Shown here piece after piece: positions 12,796 through 28,909 of a stretch of 64,000 nt of DNA. The position numbers were made by a program, and so were the translations under genes. Below the pieces are notes generated by a model. It had not been told where the DNA came from and searched no databases. It was given only the letters and a program-made list of their open reading frames with translations. The stretch's first letter is position 1; the number at the start of each line of letters is the position of its first letter. Source of the DNA: Octopus vulgaris (Eukaryota); assembly GCA_951406725.2 (NCBI GenBank), contig OX597827.1:25420001-25484000 (forward strand), in the 5' to 3' direction.

Positions 12796-14879
12796 TTCTG
12801 ATGTGAAAAGGCCGTTTTTATAGAGGTATTACTGCTGATTGAGGAGCCAGTACGTCTGTGAATTAGAGGTTATAGTGTGATGTTAACCGATTTTATGTTT
12901 ATCATATATTAGCCTTTCTTTAAATGCAGTGTGGAACGTGTGAAGATAGAAGCAGCACGATACCAAGTGTGAGAGCATTACTCCATTGACGGTCTTCTCT
13001 CAGTTTTGTAGATGGTTGGTAGCTTTTGAGGTTGAAAGAATTTATAACCCTGTAGAATAAGACCCGTATTCGCGAAGCAGAATTTGCTATGTTAAGAATA
13101 TGCGTTTGTGCAGAAGATTTGTGAAGAATTCAGTCCCTATGATAATTCCTGTTTGAATCCTTCGTCTACAGAGACTATAGAGACTACACCTTTATATCTT
13201 ATCATTACTGGTAATGAATCTTTTTATTATTGATAAAGACTTGTCGAATGTATTGAAGAACATTCTGGGAAATCTAACATATTTCCTCATTATATCATCC
13301 TTCCTTTTCGTCCATTATTTTAGAGACCAAAATATTTAGAAATCCTGTCTCATTTTGGTTTATATCTAGAGGGGCACACTCATAAATTTAGCCAAAACTA
13401 TTATTAAATGTATGATTGTTTTATAATGTATATTTTAAATTTCATCATGTTATTCCAATTAGTCTCCACCTAATTAATATCAATTCTAGAGTATCCTCGT
13501 CTACTTTACTCTAAAATAGTGAGATTTTTAAAGAGGTTTAGCTGTTATTTTTCATGTGCAAAGAAACTACGACGGCTCTTTTCAGCTTACTATTATGTCT
13601 TTAACTCTCTCATACTATTAAATCTGATCTATTACCATTGCTTAAAATTTATGTCTGAATCCACTAAGTGGTTCGCAGGGTTGGGGGCATAGTTGTTAGC
13701 ATTTTTCAGCGTTCAGTAAAACCCTTCTCCATTGTTCTAATCTCTTTTGATCTCATGGTAAAACTCGCTTTTGTTCGACATGTGAACATACGATTCCGTT
13801 TGAATTGTACCCTACGCTAAAAATCTGATTATACTTTTTTTTAGCGAGGACATTAGTCTCAATAGTATGGTTCCTCTAATAATATGAAGAATCTTTTGTT
13901 TTTCACTCTACATTGTTTTGCACAGATCAAACATTTTGATGTATTTTTCAATTCCCTATTATTTTTTGTTCCCAACCCATTAACGCGCCAATGCAATTTT
14001 TGATATTGTATTAGATTTCTTTTGTCTTCCTTTAACATGATTCCAGTATTAGTTAATTATTCTATTTCAATTCCTAATTATTCTGCCTTACCAATTATAA
14101 CAGTATTTAGCAGATTATTCAACCATTAAAGCATTACTTCTAAAACAATTTTTAGCCCTGCTTACATGTAGTTTTCTCTGCACTTCTTTGTGGGTGATTT
14201 TATCAATCTCTATTTCGATTATTTTCTACCAAGAACTTTTGTAGTTCTTGTTACTATTGTAAATTTCTGAACGATCAATTCCTATTATTTATTGCTTCCT
14301 TTTAAGGGTTACACAAGTTTCGACTACATCTTTTTTCTAACGTGCTGCAACTCGATCGACCATTCGTTGATCAAAACGTTAACATCTCGAGTCAAAATCT
14401 TGAAATGGTCGCTCGGAAAGCTAGAAATAATAGCTAGATCTTTCTAAAATTACAACCTGTTGAGTTAAATAATTTAAGGACATATTATATAAATGACATT
14501 GGTATGTGAATTACGTAATTTGAATTATAAAACAGAGGGGATTCTACACAGTTTCTGTTTACCCAAATTAACCCACAAGGCTTGAGTGGTCACGAGGCCA
14601 AAATAAAAAGTGTTACTGAAAGGGCTACGAATTGGGATCAAACCCATGATTGCATTGTTGCGAAGCTCTTAATCACTTGATTAATCCATGCGTTTCATAT
14701 TGTGATTTAATGTATGATAAAATTACTTTCTATAAAAAATGTCTTTGTTTTAAGATTGTGGAGGAAGGTTTTAAATGTAATTTTCTTGTCTCCTACACCT
14801 TTGCTACGTTGAAAAATATTCGTTCTTTAGTTAATACACCGAAACATCAACTAATTAATAAAACAATAATAAAAAAATA

Positions 14880-15098
14880 ATAAATGCGCCCTTTTAAAGC
14901 CTAGCCAGGCACATGGACCCGGTTTCTATGCTGTATGTGTTCCCCAGCTGGACTCATTTTTGCCAGCTGAGTGGACTGGAGCAACGTGAAATGAAGTGTT
15001 TTGCTCAAGAACACAACGTGCCACCCGGTCCAGGAATCGAAACCACAATCTTACGGTCATGATGCTGACACCCTAACCACTAAGCCACGCGCCTCCTC
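14880..15098 (-). mobile_element. SINE family C (tRNA head)
   Basis: Minus strand ggaggcgcgtggcttagtggttaggg..ggtttcgattcctgg..cttgagcaaaacacttcatttcacgttgctccagtccactcagctgg; ends at (TTA)n. Confidence 0.8.
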
Positions 15099-15694
15099 TA
15101 ATAAAGTAATACCTGTAATATACTGCGGATTTTAATTCAAATATATATCTTCTGAAAAGAATTGCTGCCTTATACTAACAGCGATGGTAATAGCAGTTGA
15201 CAAATGTAATGGTAGTAGAATTATTACTACAACTCCTTTTCTGTGTTTTGTAGTGCGCCAATTAAATACTTTACCGACACAGTGGAAAATTGGTGCTGGA
15301 GAATGGAAGGAGAGAGAGAAAGAGAAAGCCTGCTTCATATCGCTAGCATCAATGTAGTGCTAAACAGAAACATCAATGTAGAATGAGTTACCTGTCTTCG
15401 AAATGACGGACAAGACAGGTGAGCGACAACACATCCAAGTAGAAAATCAATATCGGGCATGGTGCCATCGTAATATTCTACCGTTAGAATTCTGTGAGTC
15501 TATTAAAAAACAAATTTGACGACGATAAGGAATTAAACTGTGTTCAATGTAGCTGTATGCACTGACAAATTATATAATTGTAAAAGGAAGTGACGGATGT
15601 TATGTGTGGTGTATTCGGTGCAGTTATAAACAAGTAACACAATTTGGGGAAGGCAAAACCGAAACGCATACAACTATTAGAAAATTACTCTTGC

Positions 15695-16840
<1,146 letters not shown>

Positions 16841-17143
16841 CTAGCAGAAAGATCGCCCTCCGGGTGGTTTTCTGATAGCCCCTAGATAATATTTTCACAT
16901 TTGGTTCCCATTTCTAATAATTTTTATATTTTACGTCTAATTATTTTTGTATAATAGGACTCACTTGCTTAGTAAATATTGCTTTCATTATTTATCACAG
17001 TCATAATCACTCTTTTTTAAACAAACATTACGGTAGTCCAACAACAGAGGAAGAAGCAGTTTGTCAAGTTTTACCTTCCCCTCAATGCAACATAGAGATT
17101 ACTGTTCAGTAGCGCATCTGTAAGCTTTGCAGTGTGCGCGTGC

Positions 17144-17182
<39 letters not shown>

Positions 17183-18268
17183 AAAAGAAAGAGCATTCCA
17201 AACAATGAATGAAATAAACATGAAATGAAAACATCGTATAAATAAAAGTGCATTACTACAGATTCATACGGCCCCGACTTTGTTGCCTCATAACATCTAG
17301 AAAATTAAATACATTTTAACAAAACTTTCTACAAATACCGCTTACATGTTGTGGCTTCAGAATATATAGGGATTTATGGGAAATAATTTTTGCAAGGGGG
17401 TGGAGAGAGGCGTTTCAGAGAATTCACACGAACTTACTTTTTTCCCTTATAATTTAAAAAATACCCAGGAAGTGGGTATCTTTTAATGAAAATTTATACA
17501 AATCCCTTTGAAACAATTATAAAGAAATTTGTGGGAAAAACTATTTTCGAGGATTTCCCCCATTTTTTTAAACCTCACCTTTGAAATGATGGGGTTCGAT
17601 GGGGCGTCAATGTATAAAAAAAGTTTTTCAAACGCTGTTTTTACACCCCTCCTTCATCATCACATTCCGGACCAATTTTGGCCAATTTTTTTGCACTTGA
17701 AATATACGGGAAGAGCATTTTCTGTAAAATTTTTTTAAAATTGTCAATATTTTTCGAGGAAAAAGTGAGTTAAGGGTGATTTGGCTGTTGTTTCTAAACA
17801 TCTCCAAAGACAACCCACCTCGTTTCTTTATCACTCTGACATGTATTGATGTTTTTCAATATTTCCCCCACAAATACATTTATATCCTATAAAAAAGAAA
17901 ATTTGAGAAATTATGAATTTAGAAATTAAAATATTGGAGAGCCTGAGAAGGTCATTGCTAACATTTATCTACAGTGATTTAAAAAAATTACAGAGATGTA
18001 CTTGCATAGCAAGTGACTTGATCTGAAATCGTGTGCTGAAAGAAAAACTATTGCAGCGTGGAAGATGTTTTGTAAACCATTCAAGAACACATATACACCG
18101 TTATTTTCACTTCAACATTGAAACTTTGTGTGAAAATATTTTCGTCGCTTTGAAACCACGATCTGTTCACTGAGAAAACTTCACTAAAGTGATGCAGCAC
18201 GAAGATTTGTTAGGGAACAGCACACACACACACAAACACACACAAACACACACACACACACACACACG

Positions 18269-18307
<39 letters not shown>

Positions 18308-18415
18308 GCACACATACACATGCACGCACGCACGTACGCGCGCACACACATATTTATTGCCTTTCATTTGTGAGTGTGCGTATCTATGTGTGTGCGCAAG
18401 TATTTATAGTGTATT

Positions 18416-18451
<36 letters not shown>

Positions 18452-21126
18452 ACTGTTGAAGTTGTGTTTCGAAACTGTGACTACGGTGCAATTTTCGAGC
18501 ACTTGTCGGTAGATTTTTTTTTCTTCCTAGTCTTCTAATCATAATTACCCAACTTTCTACGCTCTTCTCACAGCTATCCAGCGTTAAATAATTATACGGG
18601 TATTTAATATTTTTTCATTCAATAATGTTTTCACATTACATATACATTAATAGCGAATTAAAACTTAAAAGAGAAAGTGGGAGACTTCGCAAATGAAAAT
18701 GGAATACTCTGTAGTGGATGCAATGAATATTTAAATTTGTGATGAATTGGACGCAGTGAATATTTAAATTTGCGAGAAATTGGAATTAAAAAATTCAATA
18801 GACTTGAGAAATCGATAAATCGAAATTATAGAAAAAAAATTTTATATGAATAAATAAAATTCTTTCCAGACGGTCAACCCTTTAATGATTGCTTTCTTTT
18901 AGTACTTTTAGTAATTAATACCTAATTAATAAGCAGCTTTCTCCAATATAATGTATATATATATATACATATACATATATAGGTAAATAGATAGATAAAC
19001 GTACACACATCATACACAAGTGGCATACAACTGTCACAGAACTTCACAACTTCCGTAGCCAGTGTAAACAAAAGGAAGTTTTCTCTGTCTCTTTCTTGTA
19101 TGAACCGACAAGTCTTCTCATGTATGCATTTGCAAAAAGCCCCAACGCCTACCATATTGCCGGTGTATATCTTTCTAAACCGTTATTTTATTAAACTAAA
19201 GTTGTCTTGCAAACAAAGTTGTAAGAAATCCTTTATTATAGGGCTTACAGAAAAACGTCTTTATTGTAACATCCTCGCAACATGCTTTGATATTCAAACT
19301 AAAGAAAAGAAAAAGAAAAACGAAACACGACCAAAAGACACTTGACTTCCTCATTATGCTATTTGTATCCGGAATTTGACGGATTGTGCCATTAATTATT
19401 ATCTTTGTGGTTCTTTGTGCTCTTCATCTGTATGAGTAGCATTACATTGCATTACAGACTTTGCAATTTTAAATAAAAGTGTTTTAAATGTGAATTCTCG
19501 TAAACTCTTGCGTCGATATTTATTTAGGTATTTTCCAAACACCAACGGGATACGGAGTAACTGTTTTTCCATCTAATTTTTTTCCATGCCTTTAACTTTT
19601 GACTGCGTAATTAAATTTCATGGTCATTCCCGTAATGGTGTTAATTATCCACCAAAAAATAAAATTGATCTTTCTTTGCTTTTGCAATATGTTCAAGTAT
19701 AGGAGTGGCTGGGCAAAAGGTTAAATGAACTGCAGTCTTTTAAGTTCAAATATTAACGCCGTTAGAACATTTATAAATCTATAACTCCTGTCTCAATGAA
19801 ATGAAGACCATTGAAATATGGCATTCAATTCCATTACTTTTATGTATTCTATAGGAAACTCAAACTTATTGGATCGTAACTGTATCTTACAATACCCATG
19901 AATCAGATGAGTTCACTTCAAAATCTTCAACTTCATTTGAGCACACGCCCACACACAAAAAAACAACAACTCAAATCTCTCACCCCCGAATAATATGCTT
20001 AATATTTATTTTCTGAAATAGAATTTGTTTTTCTCTCCCCCACATCCCGAGGAACGATATTTGGTATCATGAACTGAGAAATTCCTGGGAGGCGTATAAC
20101 AGAATCGTCATCGTTACATGAATGATTTTAGTAAAAGAATGAAAAAGTGTCATCCATTTTGTTGTAAGCAGCATGAACACAGCAACATATTGCTAATTAT
20201 TCGCTGGCCATACCTTATTAATTTCTTTGGTACTAATGTCGTCTGTGTTCCTGTGGCAAGCAATACACTAAAACCATATTCTTCATATTTTCACCATGAG
20301 GGTAGGAAATAAGTTGTAATTTCGGTTTGAAACGCTACGGAACTATAATATAATTTTTCCTATTCCGAATAAATGTCTTCATTGATTTTATAGCGAGCAT
20401 GCCAAACAGTGCAACCGGAAATGAAGGAAACAGCAACAAACTAAATAAAATATAGTGAGACGCAATTGTATAATTTACTGGAATGATAAATGAAGTTAGA
20501 AATAATTTTGCTTATATCAAGAAACAGGAACGTATAATTTTGGCTTCTAGTCTTTGAGTGGTTTCAGTGAAAAGTGACATATATTTAAAGGAACTGTTAG
20601 TGTTATGATGCATTGCTGTTTTAATGTAATATGCCGCAATATTTGTTTTCAATATGTTGTATCAAGTTTTCATTTCAAATGGGACGTGTGATTAATCTTT
20701 CATGTAGAGCAAGAAATATTTCTTTAAGTTAAACAGCAGGCATTCTGTTTTATCGGAGAAACATGAATTATTTAATGTTTATGTCCACACAACACATTTT
20801 TCTTTTCAAAATGCACATTGCTTGAGTAAAGAGAATTGCGATTCCCAAATATAACAAATAAACTACGATGCTATATATCGTTTTTCTTTTGTTTGTGTGT
20901 TTGTTTGTTGATAGTGTGCTTGGCAAAGAATTTTATTGATGCTATTTATACCTGGGCTTTATTCATAGCTTGCTTGCATTCTACACTTGGAAGACAAAAT
21001 GTTAATTTTGCTTTTATCAGCGATGGCATTGGAGGAAGTATTAACGACAATAGTTACATTCTGAAAACTCTTTTTTTTTAATTCTATTAACAAACAATAC
21101 ATTGGAATTAGATATCTCTATAATTG

Positions 21127-21495
21127 GGCACAAGCGTGGCTATGTGGTAAGAAGTTTGCTTCTCAGCCACATGGTTCCGAGTTCAGTCCTACTGCATGGC
21201 ACCTTGGGCAAATGTCTTTCTACTATAACTTTGGAAACTGAAAGAATCCCGTCGTGTATATATCTATGAATGTATACATGTATATATATATATGTGTGTT
21301 TGTTCCCCCACTGTTTGAAAACCAGTGATGGTGCATTTACGTCCCCGTAACTTAGCAGTTCAGCAAAAGAGATTGATAGAATGAGCACCAGTCTTGAAAA
21401 AATAGTATTGAGATCGATTCATTTGATGAAAGATTCTTGACTGTAGTGCTCCAGTATGGTCGCAGTCTAATGACTGAAACAAGCAAAAGATAAAA
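21127..21495 (+). mobile_element. SINE family A, degraded
   Basis: ggcacaagcgtggctatgtggtaagaagtttgc..gagttcagtcc..gtgctccagtatggtcgcagtctaatgactgaaacaag. Confidence 0.8.
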
Positions 21496-21825
21496 ATATA
21501 AATTAAAATATCACTACAGATAGATTTATCCTCACGTGGAAACCTTTGTAAACGAGTCTAAGGTAACATAGAACATACGATTCCGTGTTTCGCTTGACCG
21601 TTTTACTGTTAAAAGTGCACTTGGAAATATCTGCTGTTATAGACAAATGCTTTAAGTATAGCACTATGCTCAAACGTCGTTTGCTTCATAAAACGGACCT
21701 GAAATTCATCATTGCTGTTCATAACTAGAGTAATCCACTGGGATTCAAGACTAGTTGAGTAAGAGTAAAACATCCTTCTCGAGCACTTTGGACTCGTAAG
21801 GACCGGTTTCCTTGATTTCTCTAGC

Positions 21826-21879
<54 letters not shown>

Positions 21880-21966
21880 CAAAGTAAAGTTGTAAGGTAC
21901 CGCACGAGTGAAAATATATACGAAAGAAGGTTTGAAAATGCAATGGACTTTAAGATATATTTATTG

Positions 21967-22008
21967 ACTTGACCGGTTTCACTTTTCTAGAAACAGATTG
22001 TCAAAAGT
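21967..22008 (-). ncRNA. Hammerhead motif, U3-A8 variant
   Basis: Minus: ACTT-TTGACAA-tctgtttctagaaaagt-GAAAC-cg-GTC-AAGT. Confidence 0.6.
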
Positions 22009-22548
22009 AAAATGTAAAGAGACATGCACATACACACACGCACACACACGCACTAGCACACACACACACACACACACACACTAACACACACACACACACA
22101 CATTCAGACCATTTTGACCTCTAAGACCAGTCCCCCAAACCATTGAACCATGACAGACTAACCCAGAAACAAAAAAATTCCTTTTGATTCCACATAGCTC
22201 TTCCTCCGCACCCCCCAAAACCTCCCAAATTATCCCTTAAAATAGCAAACATTCCTAAGCAACACACAAAATAGAAAGTTTCAGACAGACAGGTCAGTTA
22301 TTCCTCTCGAATTTTTTGTAAATTCTTAAATACATCTCCTTTGCGTTTATATACTACCAACCAAACATGATTTTTATTGAACCCAAAATACTTTTCGGAG
22401 TCCCGTTCTCAAATACTTTCTTGAATACTTTCTTGTAAACTGTTTTTAACATTTTCTTATCATTATCAAAGAATGTATAACTGTATTTTGATACTTTTCT
22501 GATAACCAGTACTTACCACAACAAAGCTTATACAAAGGTTTACATCTT

Positions 22549-22587
22549 ACTTTTGACAATCTTATACTTAAATGAAACCGGTCAAGT
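22549..22587 (+). ncRNA. Hammerhead motif, U3-A8 variant (stem II decayed)
   Basis: ACTT-TTGACAA-tcttatacttaaat-GAAAC-cg-GTC-AAGT. Confidence 0.5.
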
Positions 22588-22628
22588 CAATAAACATCTC
22601 AAAATGTCCTTTGCAGTTTCAAACCTTC

Positions 22629-22769
<141 letters not shown>

Positions 22770-22792
22770 TGTGTGTGTGTGTGCGCGAATGC

Positions 22793-23120
22793 GAAGGCGC
22801 ATGGCTCAGTGGTTAGATCGTCGAGCTTATGATCGCGAGGTTGTGAGTTCGAATCCTGGATCGGGCTGCGTGTTGAGTTCTTGAGCAAGACACTTTCTTT
22901 CACGTTGTTGCAGTTCCCTCAGCTGTAGAAATGAGTTGCAGGTACTAAGCTGTATCGGCCCATTTGCCTTTCCCTCGGATAACACTGGTGGAATGAAGAG
23001 GGGAGACCGGTATGCCTGGGCGACTGTTGGTCTTCCATAAACAACCTCGCCCGGACTTATGCCTGGGGGTAACTCCCTAGGTGCAATCCTATGGTCAGTC
23101 ATGACCGAAGGGAGTCTCGG
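22793..23120 (+). mobile_element. SINE family C
   Basis: gaaggcgcatggctcagtggttag (A box)..gagttcgaatcc (B box)..cttgagcaagacactttctttcacgttg. Confidence 0.8.
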
Positions 23121-23197
<77 letters not shown>

Positions 23198-23479
23198 GTA
23201 ACTTTACTTTATATTCGGTATGGTATATAATACCACTTGCTATAATCAGAACCAATGATCCCAAAACGACCATAAACTGACGATAAAGATACACACGAGC
23301 AATGCAATGAACATATGAGAAATAGGCTTACCTTTGCGTTGAATACATCAGTAAGTAATGTATATTTCAATATAACTGATTTCACGGTTTGGATGACAAA
23401 CATACTCTGTGATCTTCAGTTGAAAATGACATTTTAACATCTATGTATAAAATATTATCTTGTTCATAACTCTAATGTG

Positions 23480-23510
<31 letters not shown>

Positions 23511-23512
23511 TC

Positions 23513-23897
23513 TTTTCTTTTATTCTGCTATTTGTTTCAGTCATTTGACTGCGGCCTGAAAGGCAAACTTCCTTGGGGGTCGAAGAAATCGTCCCCAGAA
23601 TTTATTATTTGTAAGCCTAGTACTTCTGCTGTCGCTTTCTATGCCGAACAGCTAAGTTACGAGGGCACAAACACACCAACATCGGTTGTCAAGCGATGAT
23701 AGGGGGACAGGCGCATGCACACACACATATGCAAACATATATACGAAGGGCTTCCTTTAGTTTCCGTCTACGAAATTCACTCACAAGGCTTTGGTCAGCT
23801 CGAGGATATAATAGAAGTTGCCCAAAGTGCCACGCAGCAGGACTGAACCCAGAACCATTTGGTTGAGAAGTAAACTTCTTACCACACAACCACGCCA
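23513..23897 (-). mobile_element. SINE family A
   Basis: Collinear with the other family A copies. Confidence 0.8.
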
Positions 23898-24253
23898 TAT
23901 ATATGCATATATATATATATATATATGACTAGAAAATGGAGAAAACCACAGTTTTTGGCTTTGATGAACATCCGTTGCCTTAATTCGAATGCCCTATAAA
24001 GACGAAGAATTTTATTCTCACATTTATGTATAGACTGCATTTTGGCAATCTGATCAGTAATGGCCGTAAGATATGCTACGTCATCTATTTTGTTACGTCA
24101 TGCTTTGTATTGAAATATAAGCTAAAAATGTGGTGCAACCGATGTGTTGGTTAATGTGTGATTTTCTCCATTTTCTAATAATTTGCATTAGTTCTTAATA
24201 ACAGCAACAACGACAACAACAATTATTATTATTAATAATAATATTAATTTCAT

Positions 24254-24955
24254 TTATTGGCCACCAAGGCCGACATATAAGGGACAATACAGTAAATAGG
24301 GACAGTGGGGATTTTATACAAAACAACGAGTAAACAATTAGGAAAATAATAACAATAAACAATAAACAAGAAAATTATAACAAAGAAAAAATCGCCCATA
24401 ACCACCCAGGGTTGGCTCAGGTACCCCACCAGTTCTTGAACCACCTGACGCTTCGAGGCTAACCGGTAATGGTATCCCTCTCCTTCTCAAATTCATCAAC
24501 ATACAGGTACATTATTAGATTCACTCATACCGGTCATTTTCGCTACATTCCTCCACCTTTCAGCAAACTTCTCTCTGCCTCCTCATTTTCCTTTTCAAAT
24601 GAAATTAGAAAAAGATGAGGGATTGGCCGACGAAAAAAGTGTCTGTATTCAGTCCTGGTCCATCGTACAACCTCTTTCACTACTGCCATCAAATCAGTAG
24701 TGCACGGACATTAGATGGGTGCTTGCAGAACGGTGTCGACACTCTGTGTGCATCTCGGGTAGGTCAGTTGACAGCACTTTAATGACTTTAGAGTTTTTCT
24801 CGAACCGACAGTCTTCCCCGGTGGCACTGCTACGCGACGGATTTCTGGAAGTTATCGGTGCCGACTCGAAAGTCCTCAGGAACAAACTGGTCAGTTCGAC
24901 TTCGCCGTCGTCCAGAGCCTCTCCGAGTGCATTAAAGCACTTCCCTACCACTAGC
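24254..24955 (-). mobile_element. L1/Tx1-like LINE 3' fragment, degenerate
   Basis: Minus-strand peptide EALDDGEVELTSLFLRTF resembles LGVDEEHLTRLFRTTF (40068 ORF). The end gtcggccttggtggccaataaa matches the Tx1-like tail. Confidence 0.6.
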
Positions 24956-24964
24956 ATAATAGTA

Positions 24965-26135
24965 ATAATGATGGAATTATAAAAGGGCAAAAGAGAGAAG
25001 TGATAAGAATGGATACAAAGACAAGAAAAATGTTGACAGTACACGGAGACTTCCACCCTAACAGTGACACCGATAGGTTGTACTTGTTCAGAAGAAAGGG
25101 TGGCTGGGGTTTGGTCAGTTGCCAGGACTGTATCGGAACCGAGAGAGACAGCTTAGGGTGGTATATAAAAAATGCCGAGGAGCCATTGCTGAAACATGCG
25201 AAGAAGACCGGCGTCATAAAAATTGAGAATTGTGTAATGAAAGAAAAATTTAAAGAAAAAATGAACACACAAAAAAAGAGACAGGATAGACTGAGAAAAA
25301 AATGTCTGGTTAGTTTTCAAGAGATGCGAACGCCAAGACAGATACAGAAGACTGGTGGCTGTGGATGAGGAATAGTAACCTGAAGATAGAGACGGAAGCA
25401 TTAATATGAGCAGCTCAAGAACAAGCGCTGAGGACCAACTATGTGAAGTGCAGAAGAGATAACACTTCCGACAGCGACAAATACACAATGTATGGTGTGA
25501 GATGTGAAACGATATGGCACATCGTTAGCGAATGTCCGGAATTGGTACAACGAGAATACAAAAGACGCCATGACAATGTGGCAAGAATGATCCATTGGGA
25601 GCTCTGGAAATCCCGGTCTACAAAGAGCAAAGACGTGGTATGAGAAAACCCCAAAAGGAGTCACCGAGAATAAGAGCTGCAAACTCCTGTGGGATGCAAT
25701 GATTCAGTGTGATCACCTGACTAGACATTGGAAACCGGACATTGCTGTGGTCAATAAAAAAGAAAGAACATGCATGATAATCGACATAGTCTGCCTCGGT
25801 GACAACAGGATCAACGAGAAAGAAGAAAAATAAACAACTACGACGATTTGAAGTAGGAAATACGAAGGTTGTGGTCAATGAGGAGAATAGACGTGATAGC
25901 AATAGTAATTGGTGAACTTGGAAGTATCAGCAATCAACTACCAACATGACTGAAAAAAAATCGGTGCAAATGTGACGGTAGAACACCTACAAAAATCAGT
26001 ATTGTTTAGAACTGCAAGGATTATTCGCAGGGTTTTTGAAGCATGACCATTAAAAATGTGTCACCTTAGACTTCTGGGTGTGGACAGCTGAGATTATCCA
26101 CCATAACCAGCAAAATAAGCAGTGAGTTTTCATCA
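24965..26135 (+). mobile_element. R4/Dong-like (restriction-like endonuclease) LINE 3' fragment
   Basis: Broken frames give HPNSDTDRLYL.R.KGG.GL, ETIWHIVSEC..YKRRHDNVA..IHW, KLLWD..IQCD..PDI.V..IID (CCHC + PD-D/ExK region). Confidence 0.85.
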
Positions 26136-26154
26136 CGTAATATTAATGATACGG

Positions 26155-26690
26155 TACAAGGCACTGGCTCTCATTGTTTCTGATCTCAACTAACTGGAAG
26201 TGTTATCATGTACATTGTTTTGTCGTGGTATAAAAGATGGTCTACAGCAAGTATTTTCCTCAATACAGATTTACTTGCCAGTTGTTTGACCTTAACCAGT
26301 TGAGCATGTCCCTTAGTGGCTGATGACATGTGCACCTCTGATCATGAGCAGAAGTAGTGGGGGAGTATCATAACCATAACCATATATTGAGAGGAATTCT
26401 TTGGGGTTTGAATACTTCACCTCTGGAAACACGGATGTTTCGTTCAACATCCTTTAACAACCTTTTGAGCTGGATGGGTTACGCGACGTGAAGAAAATTC
26501 TTACTGGGTCCCATCTGCAAGGCCATGCGCCGATTATCTTGACATAAGATCACTATGTCGCGCACATATGGTTGTGATTCATGTGCCTGGTGTATCCTTC
26601 TCAGACGAGTAGCCATGATGATATACCGGGCTTCGTATATTTGTGCCTCAGTGTCACTTTGATGGCATGCACTGGTCTCTCACTCAATAG
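26155..26690 (-). mobile_element. Interspersed repeat, probable LINE 5' region beginning at a (TAC)n tract
   Basis: Higher-complexity, GC-richer block abutting (gta)n at 26690. Family assignment is inference only. Confidence 0.3.
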
Positions 26691-27756
26691 TTGTAGTAGT
26701 AGTAGTAGAGTGGTATATCTAAACCATCGGTCATTTTTACAATATTTTCTGAAGTAGTTTAATGCTCTGAAATAATTCCAGTGAGGTCCCTAGTTTGAGA
26801 ATAACGTCTTCCTTTCTTACCATTTGTCTTGTATTTCCCGAAACAGTGTAAGCGATGATTTCTTTTCTCTTCCCTATCTATATACTTATACGACGGAATC
26901 CTCAGACTTTGCTTCTGCTAAATGTTACTCTCAAGACATTAATGATCCCGGAGCAACAGAGATCTGAACGGAATCAGTTAGTGTTGTCTGTTTTCACTTT
27001 TCTCTTCTGCACAGCCATCTTTCCTTTTCTATCAGCCAATAAATCAACCATAAACGTTTGGTGTGTTATAGTCATGAATGATTTATTAAAAATTACACAT
27101 AACACAGAAAATCTGAACTACTAGTTGAAAGCTAAAATGTTCGTGTCTGAAGTAGTTGTATGGAGTGGGTGTAAGTGCCTGCCCATATACACGTATTATA
27201 AAGTATCACGTGACACGGTCAAACTCCCGCTACTGACTTGCGTGGTTTTTTTCCATGTCGACTTTTTATGTTCGGAGTTCAAATCCCGCAAGTGTCAACT
27301 TTGCATTTCATCCTCTCTTGGTCTATAAAATACTGCACCGTTGAAATACTAGGATCGATGGCCTCAATTTCTCTCTCCCTTCAAAATTGTTTGTCATGTG
27401 CTTAAATTATGAACCATTGTTTGTTATCGGTGTTCTTCATGATGTGGTCGTTGTTATTATTTACCATTAGGTTAATCCCGATCACACTGACGCATCATAA
27501 AAGAGCTAGCCGGCCGTGACCATCCCATCTTCTGAGATATATAGAAGATTATATCTAATGTGTCATTTCTTTAAGAGAGCAGAGATAAATTTGAGCGATA
27601 TTTCGCTGGTATTTTTAGAAGGCAGAGTAACACTATAAAGTCTATGGACCCTCTTTCATTCAATTTTTCCTCGGATGCACCCTCATATCCATTCCATGTT
27701 TAGAAAATCCTGTTCTATTTTTAGAATTGAACATTATTAGGAATTGCATAAATATT

Positions 27757-28165
27757 ATTCTTTTACTTGTTTCAGTCACTTTTCACTGCGACCATGCTGG
27801 AGCACCGCTTTTTAGTCGAGCAAATCTACCCCAGGACTTATTCTTTGTAAGCCTAGTACTTATTCTATCGGTCTTTTTACCGAATCGCTAAGTTACGGGG
27901 AGGTAAACACACGACCATCGGTTGTCAAGCGATGTTGTTGGGGGGGACACACACACAAACGTACACACACATATACACACATATACACACACACATATAT
28001 ATACGATGGGCTTCTTTCAGTTTCCGTCTACCAAATCCACTCACAAGGCTCTGGTCAGCCCGAGGCTATAGTCGAAGACACATGCTCAAGGTGCCACGCA
28101 GTGGGATTGAACCCAGAACCATGTGGCTGGTAAGCAAGCTACTTACCACACAGCCACTCCCGCGC
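27757..28165 (-). mobile_element. SINE family A, full-length
   Basis: Collinear with 6152-6530 and 36833-37323. Confidence 0.85.
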
Positions 28166-28714
28166 TTTGTTAAAATGTTTTGTATATTATAGAATTATAA
28201 CCAATTTATTGCAGATAATTTTTAACAACAAAATCTTATATGCTCACCCAAAAGCCATAGAAACCCCGCAACGGCAGTATGGACTCCGACTGAGAAGCTC
28301 TTAATTCAAGTAGAGGCTCGCACTTAGTTCAAGTTCTTTTACTGTGAAGATAGCATCACTTGACATTGCTGGAAATGTAATATACAGGATTTACACGTTG
28401 GTATAGATGTAAAGTTTGAAGAGAGACTGCGTTTCAGGTGATAAAGATTCGAACTAGGTTTTACGAGCTGTTGTCGTTCAATGGCAGATTAGTTCGATTC
28501 AAACAAGCCAGCGATCAACAAAATTCAGCAAGGGACAATTCATTATAGTTTTTCAGACGTAGTTATAAACTATATTATTTCATGTTTCCTTTTTATAAAC
28601 ATTAAAGATTTATCTTCAATCCCTGGCGTTTCAAGCAGCGATGTAGTGGTTCCCTCGTGGAGTCAAGGAGGATCAGGCGTTGATTACATTATAGTTCCTC
28701 CGACCTGGATAAAA

Positions 28715-28775
<61 letters not shown>

Positions 28776-28909
28776 ATACATACATACATACACACATACA
28801 TACATACATGCATACATACATGCACACATACATACATACATGCATACATACATGCACACATACATACATACATACATGCATACATACATGCACACATACA
28901 TACATACAT

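Noticed and set aside
12800-14340. Possible ancient LINE on the minus strand
   Set aside because: Too decayed to read diagnostic motifs with confidence.
17270-17960. Possible DNA-transposon/MITE sequence (also 10780-11170)
   Set aside because: No terminal inverted repeats or TSD could be delimited.
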